From the human T2T-CHM13v2.0 reference genome, Homo sapiens: a DNA stretch of 64,000 nucleotides. The DNA lies in the NCBI RefSeq assembly GCF_009914755.1, contig NC_060937.1; one strand, given 5' to 3'. Made by a program: the position numbers and the translations under genes. Below, one piece after another: positions 40,557-51,955 of the stretch. The notes beneath the pieces are model-generated. The model did not search any database and was not told the origin of the DNA. It saw only the letters and a list, made by a program, of their open reading frames with translations. The first letter of the stretch is position 1. Every line of letters begins with the position of its first letter.

Positions 40557-40719
40557 CCTGGTTGCCTCTTTTGAGTTGTCTACCTGTCTGTAGGTACTTG
40601 AGTGTGCCACTTCCACTTTTCTTCATTTCATTGGTCTGGCTGAGGACTTTAGTACTACCTATACTCATATTCTACCCTACCCGTACTCATATTCTTCTTC
40701 TCTATAACTTTTTGTAGCC
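40557..40719 (-). repeat. Older inverted copy of 41347-41495
   Basis: Exact 19-mer ttttgagttgtctacctgt (40569-40587) is the reverse complement of 41466-41484, with colinear degenerate homology on both sides. Confidence 0.8.
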
Positions 40720-41561
40720 CACAAATCTTTGCGTGGTTGTCTTCTCTTCGTCATTTTAGTCTCAGCTCAAATGTCATCCCTTTGAAGAAAACTTCCCTGA
40801 CTACTATAGTTAAAATACCACTGCTCCCCATAAAAATATCCAGTTATTTTCTCAACTATTGCCCTATTTTACTTTTTTTGTTACATTTATTATCTGAAGT
40901 ACATTATTTACTTATTTGTGTTTTTGTTTGGGTGTTTATTGTTTACCTCTCTCTACTAGAATGTAGATTCCACATGGGTAGGAACTTAATTTTGTTCACA
41001 ATTAAATCCACAGTATATACAATGTGCCGTGCTAGCTACATGGCAGGTGCACGGTATTTGTGGAGTGAATAAACCTTCATCAAGTCAAGAGACTCTATGG
41101 AACAAAGCTATGGCTTCTCATCTCCTACAAGTTCGTTTTGACACAGAATCTCTTCTTCAATATAACATAAGAGTAGGGGTTTTTATTTTCCCTATTTTTA
41201 GGAGTTTTCTATATTGTGTGGCATTTGCAAAATCTCTTAATTTGTCTGATTATCTCAGACCTATAGGAACCAAGATGTGCATGCTGTTTTGTAAATTACA
41301 AGCTATGTAAATTTATTTACCAGAGGAGACTCTAGTTTTCCATTTTAGCCACAAAAAGTTAAAGACAAAAAGGACATGGAGGACTGGCAGGAATATGCTA
41401 ACATCCTTAACTAGACTAACAAAATAAGGAAAAGCAAGGGTGGTAAACTCAAATACCCAAAGAGAACAGGTAGACAACTCAAAAAAAGAAACTGGCTGTA
41501 AGGATGAGGAGTTGATTTGTCTGGCTACAATGCTGTGCGCTGTAGGTCTATGTTGCCACAA

Positions 41562-41843
41562 TTTTTAATATTTCATTTTAGAGATGGGTTTTGCTCTGTC
41601 ACCCAGGCTGGAGTGCAGTGGCACAATTGCAGCTTACTGCAGCCTTGAACTGGGCTGGAGAGATCCTCTTGCCCCAGCCTCCCAAGTAGCTAGGACTACA
41701 GGAATCCACCACCACAGTCAACTAAGTTTTAAAATTTTTATAGATATGGGGTCTTGCCATCTTGCCCAGGCTAGTCTTGAACTCCTGTGCTCCAGAAATC
41801 CTCCAACTTTGGCTTTCAAAAGTTCTGGGATTACAGATGTGAG
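41562..41843 (-). mobile_element. AluJ
   Basis: gagatgggttttgctctgtcacccaggctggagtgcagtggcacaattgcagcttactgcagccttgaac. Confidence 0.9.
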
Positions 41844-41872
41844 TAATTTTTTTTTAAAAAAACTAATTATTT

Positions 41873-42180
41873 AGCTGGGTGCTGGATATGGATTATGCCT
41901 ATAATCCTAATACTTTGGGAAGCTGAGGAAGGAAAATTGCTTAAGCCCAGGAGTTTGAGACCAGCCTGGGAAACATAGTGGAACCCTGTCTCTACAAAAA
42001 TATTAAAGAGTAGCTGGTAATGGTGATGCACACCTGTAGTCCTGGCTACTCAGGAGACTGAGGCAGGTGAATTGCTTGAGGTCAGATATTTGAGGCTGCA
42101 GTGAGCTAGGATTGCACCACTGCACTCCAACATGGGCCACAGAGTGAGACACAGCCCACCCCTCAATCAAATAAACAAAA
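41873..42180 (+). mobile_element. AluJ
   Basis: ttgcttaagcccaggagtttgagaccagcctgggaaacatagtg...gaggctgcagtgagctaggattgcaccactgcactcc. Confidence 0.9.
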
Positions 42181-42189
42181 AGTATGTAG

Positions 42190-42442
42190 AAGAAATTAAT
42201 AAGACCTAGTATTTAATAGCACAACATAATGACTATAGTCAATAATAATTTAATTGTACATTTTAAAATAACCTAAAGAGTATAATTCAGTTGTTTGTAA
42301 CACAAAGGATACATGCTTGAGAAGATGGATATTCTATTTACCATGATCTGATTACTATGCATTGGATGCCTGTATCAAAGTATCTCATGTACCTCATAAA
42401 TATATACACCTACTATGTACCCACAAAAATTAAAAATTAAAG
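42190..42442 (+). mobile_element. L1MA (L1MA1-3-like) 3' end
   Basis: aataagacctagtatttaatagcacaac...atatatacacctactatgtacccacaaaaattaaaaattaaa. Confidence 0.85.
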
Positions 42443-42643
42443 TAATTACCTAGATTTTTCTGAAATTGCCTAAATTTGAAATTTGAAATATAAAATCAAA
42501 TTTAAAAATACTGTTCAGGATAAATAAAACTTATTTGAGGTTCCTACATAAACAGCAGACTCCTAGGCTTTATCTATGAACTAAAGAAAAATCTTTAAGC
42601 AGATTACTGGACTTTGCAATGATTTTGTTTTAAGAAAAGTATC

Positions 42644-45600
42644 TACACAGGACCTGCTGCTGGCCACTGCCGCTGGTGTGCATGTGGGACCTGCCACTGC
42701 CCACTGCCACTGGTGTCCATGTACATGAGGAACCCTGCAAACAACTGCCTCCCTGCTGAAGCACTTTTGCTAGCAAACCTCATTGGAATGTTGTTGTCTT
42801 CAGATTGGGAACACCTCAGCTTCTTCAGTGCAGCAGGCACTTAACCTCAAAGAGCCAGAGAAAAAAAGCCATGGATCTGGTCCTAGCCCCCTAGGTTTAG
42901 AGTACAAACCCCATGTTTGATTAGCTGAAACCTGGCCCTCCAAAATTATCCAGAAATAAAGCCGATCAACAAAACCCAACTTATACCACAGTAAAAACCA
43001 ACCTAAAGGGCATCAAAGATACAAAAATAACAAAAGTCAGAGTGTCTTCTTATCTCCAAATTACTGCACAAGCTCCCCAGCAATGGCTAAATGGCATGGC
43101 TAAATGGCTGAAATGGATGAAATGGCTAAAATGACAGATATAAAATTCAGAATCTGGATGGCAATGGAGAGCATTGAGATTCAGGAGAAAGTTGAAAACC
43201 ATCACAAGGAATCTAGGGAATCCAATTAAATGATACAAAAGATGAAAGATGAAATAGCCAAACTAATCTTCTAGAGCTGAAAAACTCACTACAAGAATGT
43301 CACAATACAATTAGAAGTATTAACAGCAGAGTAGAGTAGACCAAGATGAGGCAAGAATCTCAGAGTTCAAAACCAGTTCCTTGAATCAACTCAATCGGAC
43401 TACAAATTGGACAAAAATAGTTTAAAAAACTAAACTTCTGACAAATATGGGATTATGTAAAGAAATCAAACCAATGACTCATTGGCATCCCAGAAAGAGA
43501 AAGCAAGCAACTTGGAAAATATATTTTATGATATTGTTCATGAAAATTTCCCCAACCTTGCTAGAAAAGTCAACATGCAATTCAGAAAATTTAGAGACCC
43601 CCAGTGAGATACTATATAAGATGACTATCCCCAAGACACATACTCATGAGATTCTCCAAGGTGAACACAAAAGAAAAAATATTAAAGGGAGCTAAGAAAA
43701 GGGGTAGGTTATGTACAAAAAGAATCCCATCAGCAGAACTTTCAGCAGAAACCTTACAAGCCAGAAGAGATTGTGTAACTATATTCAAAATCCTTAAAGA
43801 AAAAAAAGTTAATCAAGAATTTCATATCCAGCCAAGCTAAGCTTCATAAGTAAAAAAGAAGTAAATTCCTTTTTAGACAAGCAAATGCTAAGGGGATTTG
43901 TTACCACCAGACCTGCCTTACAAGAGGTCTATAAGGGAATGCTAAACATGGAAATGAAACACAATTACCTGCCATCACAAATACACTGAAGTCCATAGCT
44001 CACTGACACTATAAAGCAACTATACAATCAAGTCTGCGTAACAACATGATGGCAGGATCAAATCCTCACATACCAATATTAACCCTGAATGTAAACTGGC
44101 TAAATGCCACACTTAAAAGGTACAGAGTGGCAATTTGGATAAAGAAGCAAGACCCAACTGTATGCTGTCTTCAAGAGACTCATCTCACGTGCAGTGACCC
44201 TCATAGGCCCTAAGTAAAGGGATACAGAAATATCTATTAAGCAAATGAAAAACAAAAGAGAGCACGGGTTATTGTAATTTCAGACAAAAGAGAGTAAACC
44301 AACAATGATCAAAAAAGACAAAGAAGACATTACATAATGATAAAGGGCTAATTCAACAAGAGGACTTAAATAACCGAAATATATATGCAGCCTACAATGG
44401 AGCACCCAAATTCATAACAAGTTCTTAGAGACCTATGAAGAGACTTAGGTAACTACACAATAATAGTGGGAGACTTCACTACCCCATTAAAAGCATTAGA
44501 AAGATCATTGAGGCTAAAAACTAGCAAATATACTCAAGATCTAAACTCATCATTTGACCAAATGGACCTAACTGACATCTATAGAACACTCCACCCAACA
44601 ACAACAGGATATACATTCTTCTCATCTGCATGTGGCCCATACTCTAAGATCAACCACATTCTCAGCCATAAGCAATTCTCAACAAATTTAAAACACCAAC
44701 CACACTCAAAGACCACAGTGCAATAAAAATAGAAATCAATATCAAGACAATCTCAAAATCATACAATCACATGGAAATTAACCTGCTCCCAAATGACTTC
44801 TGAATAAAGAAAGAAATTAAGGCAGAAACCAAGAAATTATTTGAAACTAATGAAAGCAAAGATACAGCATACAAGAATCTCTGGAACATAGCTTAAATAG
44901 TGTTAAGAGGAAAGTTTCTGGTGCTAAACACCTACATCAAAAAGTCAGAAAGATCTCAAATTAACAACCAAATATCCCTCCTAGAGGAACTAGTAAAGCA
45001 AGAGCAAACCAACCCTAAAGCAAGCAGAAGAATAGAAATAACCAAAATCAGACCTGAAGTGAACGAAATTGAAAATTCATACAAAAGATCAACAAAACTA
45101 AAAATTTGGTTTTTGAAAGAATACATAAGGTAAATAGACTGCTAGCTAGAATGAGTTAAAAAAAGAGAGATGATCCAAATAATCAAAAATGACAAAGGAG
45201 ACATTACCACCAACCATACAGAAATACAAAAAACCCTCAGACACTATTATAAACAATTTTATGCACACAAACTAGAAAACTTAGAAGAAATGGATAAATT
45301 CCTTGAAACATATAACTTCCCCAAGATTAAACCAGGAAGAAATTGAATACCTGAACAGACCAATAATAAATTCTGAAATTGAATCAGCAATTAAAAAAAA
45401 AACTACCTACTAGGAAAAGCCCTGGACCAGATGGATTCACAGCTGAATTCTACTAGACATACAAAGAAGAGCAGGTACCAATCCTATTGAAAGTATTCCA
45501 AAAAATTGATGAAGAGAGATTCCTCCCTAACTCTATGGGGCCAGCATCTTTCTGATACCAAAATCTGACAGAGATACAACAAGTAAGGAAAACTTCAGGC

Positions 45601-48045
45601 TAATATTCCTAATGAACATAGACACAAAACTCATCAACAAAATACTAGCAAATTAAATCCAGCAGCACATCAAAAAGCTCCTCCACCATAATCAAATAGC
45701 CTTTATTCCTGGGATGCAAGATTGGTTCAACATACACAAATCAATAAATGTGACTCATCATATGAACAGCACTAAAAACGAAAACCACATGGTTATTCCT
45801 GCATATATAGATGCAGAAAAGGCTTACCATAAAATTCAACATTCCTTTATGTTAAAAACCTTCAATGAATCAGGCATCAAAGGAACATATCTCAAAATAA
45901 TAGGAGCCATCTATGACAGCCTCGCAGTCAACATCATACTGAATAGGAAAAAGCTGGAAGCATTCCCCTTGAGAAATGTAACAAGACAAGTATGCCCACT
46001 CTCACCACTCCTATTCATCATAGTACTGGAATTCCTGGCCAGGGCAATCCAGCAAGAGAAGGAAATAAAAGGCTTACAAATAGGGAGAGAGGAGTCAAAC
46101 TATCTCTCTTCACAGGCAATGTGATTCTATACCTAGAAAACCCCATAGATTCTTAAAGGCTCCTAGAACTGACAGAGGACTTTAGTAAAGTTTCAGGATA
46201 CAAAATCAATGTACAAAAATTAGGAGCATTTCTATATACAAATAACATCCAAGCTGAGATCCAAATCAAGAATACAGTCTCATTTTCAATAGCCATAAAA
46301 CAATGAAATACCTAGGAATACAGCTAACCAGGGGGGTGAAACATGTCTATAAGGAGAACTAAAAATCACTGCTCAGAGAAATCAGAGATGACACAAACAA
46401 ATGGAAAAACATTCCATGCTCATGGATAGGAAAATCAATATTGTTAAAATGACCATACTGCCAAAGCAATTTACAGATTCCGTGATATTCTTATCAAACT
46501 ACCAATGTCATTTTTCACAGAATTAGAAGAAAAGTATTCTAAAATGCATACGGAACCAAAAAAGAGCCCAAATAGCCAAAGCAATCCTCAGCAAAAAGAA
46601 CAAACCTGGAGGCATCACACTGCCCAACTTCAAACTATACTACAAGGTGGCAGTAACCAAAACAGCCTGGTACTGCTATGAAAACAGACACATAGACCAA
46701 TGGAACAGGTTAGAGAACCCAAAAATAAAGCCACACACCTACAACCATCAGATCTCCTACGAGGTTGACAATAATAAGCAATGGGGAAATGACTGTCTAT
46801 TTATAAATGGTGCTAGGATAACTGGCTAGTGTTTTGCAGGAGATTGAACCAGGACTCCTTCCTTATACCATATACAAAAATTGACTTACAATAGATTAAA
46901 GATTTGAACAGAAAACCTAAAACCATAAAAATCCATCCTAGAAGAAGACCTAGGAAATACCATTCTGGGCATAGGCCTTGGCAAAAATTTCACGAGGAAG
47001 ACCCCAAAAGCAATTATAACAAAACCAAAAATTGACAAGTGGGCCCTAATTAAACCAAAGAGCTTCTGCACACACGCAGACACAAAACTATCAATAGAGT
47101 AGATAGACAACCTATAGAATGGGAGAAAAATAATTGCAAACTATGTATCCAACAAGGGTCTAATATCCAGAATCTATAATAAACTTAAATCAACAAGCAT
47201 AAAACAACCACATTAAAAATGGGCAAAGGATATGAACAGATCTCAAAAGAAGACGTACATTCAACCAACATTTTCAAAAAGGCTCAACATTATTAGTCAT
47301 TTTGGAAATTCAAATCAAACCCACAATGTGATACCATATCCTGCCAGTCAGAATGGCTATTATTAAAAGTTAAAAAATAACAGATGTTGGTGAGGTTGTG
47401 GAAAAAAGAGAATGCTTATACACTTCTGGTGGAAATATAAATTAGTTCAGCCACTGTGGAAAGCAGTTTGGCAATTTCTCAAAGAACTTAGAACTATCAT
47501 TTGACCCACCAATCCCATTACTGGGTATATACAAAAAGAAATATATGTCATTCTGTCATAAAGACACATGCATGCATATTGTCATTGCAGCACTTTTCAC
47601 AATAGCAAAGACATGGGATCAACTTAAATCTCACCAATGGTAGATTGGATAAAGAAAATGTGGTACATATACATTGTGGAGTACTATGAAGCCATAAAAA
47701 GAATAAAATCTTGTCCTTTGTAGCAACATGGATGCAACTGGAGGCCATTATTCTAAATGAATGAACACAGAAACAGAAAACCAAATACTGCATATTCTCA
47801 CTTATAATTGAGCACTAAACATTGAGTACACACGGACACAAACAGGGGAACAATAAACACTGTGTCTTACTTGAGGGTTAAGAATGGGAGGAGGGTGAGG
47901 TTTGAAAACTACCTGTTGGGTGCTATGCTCACTACCAGGATGATGAGATAATTTGTACAGTAAACCCCAGTGACACACACTTTACCCACGTAACAAACCT
48001 GCACATGTACCCACTGAACCTAAAATAAAAGTTGGAAGAAAAGAA
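42644..48045 (+). mobile_element. Near-full-length decayed L1 (L1PA15/16-like) with disrupted ORF1/ORF2
   Basis: 5' UTR repeats, ORF1 remnants (ELSAETLQARRD), endonuclease (GDFTTPL...DLTDIYRTLHP), RT ([25 protein letters not shown]), and a 3' UTR ending acctgcacatgtacccactgaacctaaaataaaag. Possible TSD aagaaaagta (42632-42641) / aagaaaacta (48041-48050). Confidence 0.93.
45714..46124 (+). pseudogene. L1 ORF2 reverse-transcriptase fragment (non-functional)
   Basis: Translation matches L1 RT motifs, but it is bounded by stops and frameshifts. Confidence 0.85.
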
Positions 48046-48469
48046 AACTAATTTCTTATAGTTTATGTGGAATGGGACAGGATCTTAAAGTGTTCCAATT
48101 TGCTTGTATAGTTTTATCTTCTCTTAGTTTTAATATGAAGGACCTTAAACCTTAAGCAGTGTATCTCAAAAGCTCTACGGTGAAGAATGAATTTCAAAAC
48201 TCCTGTCATAGCCTGAAACTTTTGAAACATAAAATATAAACGAATTATTAGAAAAGTGTTCATGTGCATGGATGTCATGGTAATGCCAAATTGCAATGTT
48301 TCTAAAGGTGTATTCTTAATTTCTGTATTTGTCTCTGTGCAGACCAGTAACTAGCAGTTGGCAGAACAAAACCACGTTTTAAGTAGTAACCAGTTTGCCT
48401 TAAGGCAAGAGTAACTTACACCGATACTCTTACATATATTTTATAGTTTTATTACAGTATGCACCTTGA

Positions 48470-48831
48470 ACATGTAGACGAATGTTTACATACCCTCAAA
48501 ATTCATATGTTAAATCTTAATACCCAATATGATGATATTTAGAGGAGAGGCCTTTGGGAGGTGACTAGGTCATGAGGATAGAGCCCTCATAAATCGGATT
48601 AGTGTGCTTATAAATTAGGTTTCAGAGAGTTCCCTTTCCCCTTCCATTATGTGAGGTTATAGTGAGACGACAACCATCTTTGAATCAGGAAGGAGACCTT
48701 CACTAGACAACAAATCTGCTGTCATCTTGATCTTGGAGTTCCCTTCCTCTAAAATCATGGGAAATATAAGCTTCTGTTGTTTATAAGCCACTCAGTCTAT
48801 GGTATTTTTAAAATGCAGCCTGGACTAAGAC
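48470..48831 (+). mobile_element. MLT1A0-like MaLR solo LTR
   Basis: ccctcaaaattcatatgttaaatc...ggcctttgggaggtgactaggtcatgagg...ctgttgtttataagccactcagtctatggtatt...gactaagaca. Confidence 0.85.
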
Positions 48832-48835
48832 ACCA

Positions 48836-48952
48836 TGGATTATGTGCTCTTTGAAGGCAGAATCTCTAAATTTGTAAATTTCATATTTCTGAGCCTAACA
48901 TAGTGCCTGGCATGTAGTAGGTGCTCAATAAATATGCATTGAGTGAATAAAT
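48836..48952 (+). mobile_element. L2 3' terminus
   Basis: gcctaacatagtgcctggcatgtagtaggtgctcaataaatatgcattgagtgaataaatg. Confidence 0.85.
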
Positions 48953-49394
48953 GTATTAAAGTAGATGAAGAACTTAAGAAGATTGAACATTTTGTAGAAA
49001 TAAAAAAAGTCTTAATAATTTTCATACTTTCCAGTGATACAATTCAATACAACAACATTCTGATATCTGATCCCCATGTCCACATGGCCTTGAGTGGAAA
49101 GAATCACTCCCAAGATCTCCTTTTCCATTTACTTTGGAAAGAAGTAAAAAGCCCCCTTGACCATATAGCTTCTTTAGAACTCAACTATTCCAATTAAAAT
49201 TTCTAAGCCGTTTAACTTAATATGTGCTAAGCTTCTCTACTGAGAACTGGGAATTTGTCCATAATCAGATCTCTTCTATAAATGATTTTTCTGATATACA
49301 CCAAGTCAGTCTGTACACACCTAGTGTTCTGCTAGATGCTATGTACATATTCATGGAAACTAACCAAATTTTTCCTCCAAACTTATAAAGTTTA

Positions 49395-49727
<333 letters not shown>

Positions 49728-50749
49728 TTATAAACAGAGAAACAGAGTTTGTTCCTCCCATTCCTTCAGTGTTTCCAAGGTAAAGCTCCTCCTACCTTTC
49801 CGTTCCTCCACTTTCTTTGTACACCTGCTTTCTCCACATTGTCTACATTTTGTCCAGATAATGACTTGCTCCAAACCCTTCTTCAAAGAGGAGCTTTTCT
49901 CAGCTCCCTTTGATAGCTCTCTGGAATGAACAAACCTTGGAAAGTTTCTAAAAGCTGAAGGCAGGCAAAGGCAGAGAAGGGAGGCAGGAATGATCTGTTC
50001 TCTAGGTTTGGTTGCTTTCCACTTTCTTGAGTAATAAAATTTCATTTGGACTATAAACCTTCTCTGCGGGGGCTAAGGCTCCCCGTGGGCTGCTCCTAGA
50101 AATAAGTACTTGGTTTTAGCAGCTGCTCTGCTGTGATAATGACTGAGATCATTAGAGCCAGCCTTTCCAGTGATCAATCCACAGCCAGAAAGTGCCTTCC
50201 CAAATTTGTGAAATGATTGATAATTGCAATCAATATGTTTCCTAATGGCCTTGTCAATATGCCCTTTTTTTTCTGGTTGACAAAGTAATAATAAAAAAAA
50301 GATATGAAACTTTTTTTTTTCTTAATGACTATGGGGAAGATGCTGGATATCTCCCATTAAGTCATCTGGAAGTGAGTGGAGTGGAATTCAACATATTCAT
50401 TTCTGTCTAACAAACATCTGCAATAATTAGACCCCAACAGAACTGCCCTATACATTTATTTTTGCCTTCAATAGCTTTCCTTGTGTCCTGAAATCGGATT
50501 TTAATGGCAGAATCGTCACAGCACCGGCTCATGAAATTATTGAGAAATGTGAAGGTGACTGCCTTTCCTTCTTTGGAAGACTGAACATGCCAGCTTATGT
50601 TTGTGCAGTATTTTGTCTGGTTTTGAAGGGAGCCCTTATCTGGAGACAGAACGTGGACACGTCTTAGGCTGGTGGGTTGGGCTGGCTCTCTAGGCTTTTC
50701 ATGAGCTGTGCGCCCAGAATGCCAGCTGTAGCCTTGTGTTCTTTAACAG

Positions 50750-50866
50750 CCTGAAGCCAGATCCACTGAAAACCTCACTTACAGTCTTCAATGTGCTCTC
50801 ATTCCATAACTAATCATAACAGAGACAAAGTATGTATCCGTAGCGCTCTCCTCCCACTCTGTTCAG
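50750..50866 (+). other. Candidate non-coding exon (117 nt)
   Basis: Acceptor ccttgtgttctttaacAG and donor CAG|GTAAGC. Stops occur in all three frames. Confidence 0.25.
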
Positions 50867-51480
50867 GTAAGCTTTACAATGCCTGCCTTGATAAGACTTG
50901 GTTACAGTTCCACATGCTCTCCTACTCCTAAGGATAGCAGTCTCAGTCTTCCACACTGGCTGAATACAAGGGCTGGATTTCTGCACTGATGTCCTTTCTT
51001 AAGAACTGAATCCCACCCTACTATCATGTATAACTTTTGAGAGTCTTACTGCCTGAAGCTGGATTCTGTTCCTTTTCCTCCTCTCCCCATCTGAGTTCTG
51101 AATCATCTGGGAAATAAGTCAGGCAAATGGAGATTAAAACATCAGCTTTATTATTGATGAAAGCTGGATCAGAGGGCATGGCTTACATATGTTGCCCTCA
51201 CAGATTCTCTAAACCTAGTTTCAGAGCTGAATTTACCCCTCCAGGCACAGGCAGCACTTACCCTCCAGGCACTGCAGACACTTCCACCCACCCTGAGTGT
51301 GGGTGGGCACCTGTAAAAACGATGGCATAAAAGAGCACAGGAGAGTATGTGCTTGCAGTAAGGGCTGCCCCCAGGAGGGAGGAAATGAAGACTGAAGGCT
51401 GAGTAAACTGGCTTATCTCTGAAATTCCAGAGGGAGGTCTAAGAAGTAGATACAGGCCAGGTGTGTTCAGGAAAAGTCTG

Positions 51481-51955
51481 TGTATTTGTTCCTATTGGTG
51501 CTGTGACAACTTGTCACAAACTTAGTGGTGGCTTAAAGCAGCACAATTTTATTACACAGTTCTGGAGGTCAGAAGTTTGAAAATGGGTCTCACTGGGCTA
51601 ACATCAAGGTGTTGGCAGGGATGCATTCCTTTCTAAGAATCCATTCCTTGCCTTTTCCAGCCTCTAGTGGCCACCCACATTCCTTGGCTTGTGGCCTTTT
51701 TACAGCGATGGCATCACTCCAACCTCTGCTTCCATTGTCATATCTCGTTCTCTGACTCTGGCCCTCCTTCTGTCTTATAAGGACCTTTGTGATTACACTA
51801 GGCCCACCTGGATAATCCAGGCTACTCTCCCATGTCAAGATCCTTAACTTAAGCACACCTTCCAAGTCCCTTTTTACCAGGTAACATAATGTATTCATAG
51901 GTTTCAGTGAGTAGGATGTGGACAATTTGGGGATGCCATTATTCTGCCTACCACT
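51481..51955 (-). mobile_element. MLT1C/MLT1D MaLR solo LTR
   Basis: tgtatttgttcctattggtgctgtgacaac...acagttctggaggtcagaag...ccattattctgcctaccac. TSD gtctg/gtcta. Confidence 0.88.

Larger units (their letters stand above)
39960..41072 (+). mobile_element. L2 3' end split by two inserted segments (40007-40530 and ~40557-40719)
   Basis: ctcctgcctcaggacctgtgtgcttgct|cttccctttgcctggaatgctcttcc|...tctcagctcaaatgtc...ctagaatgtag...tatttgtggagtgaataaa. The L2 reads through once both inserts are removed. Confidence 0.82.
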
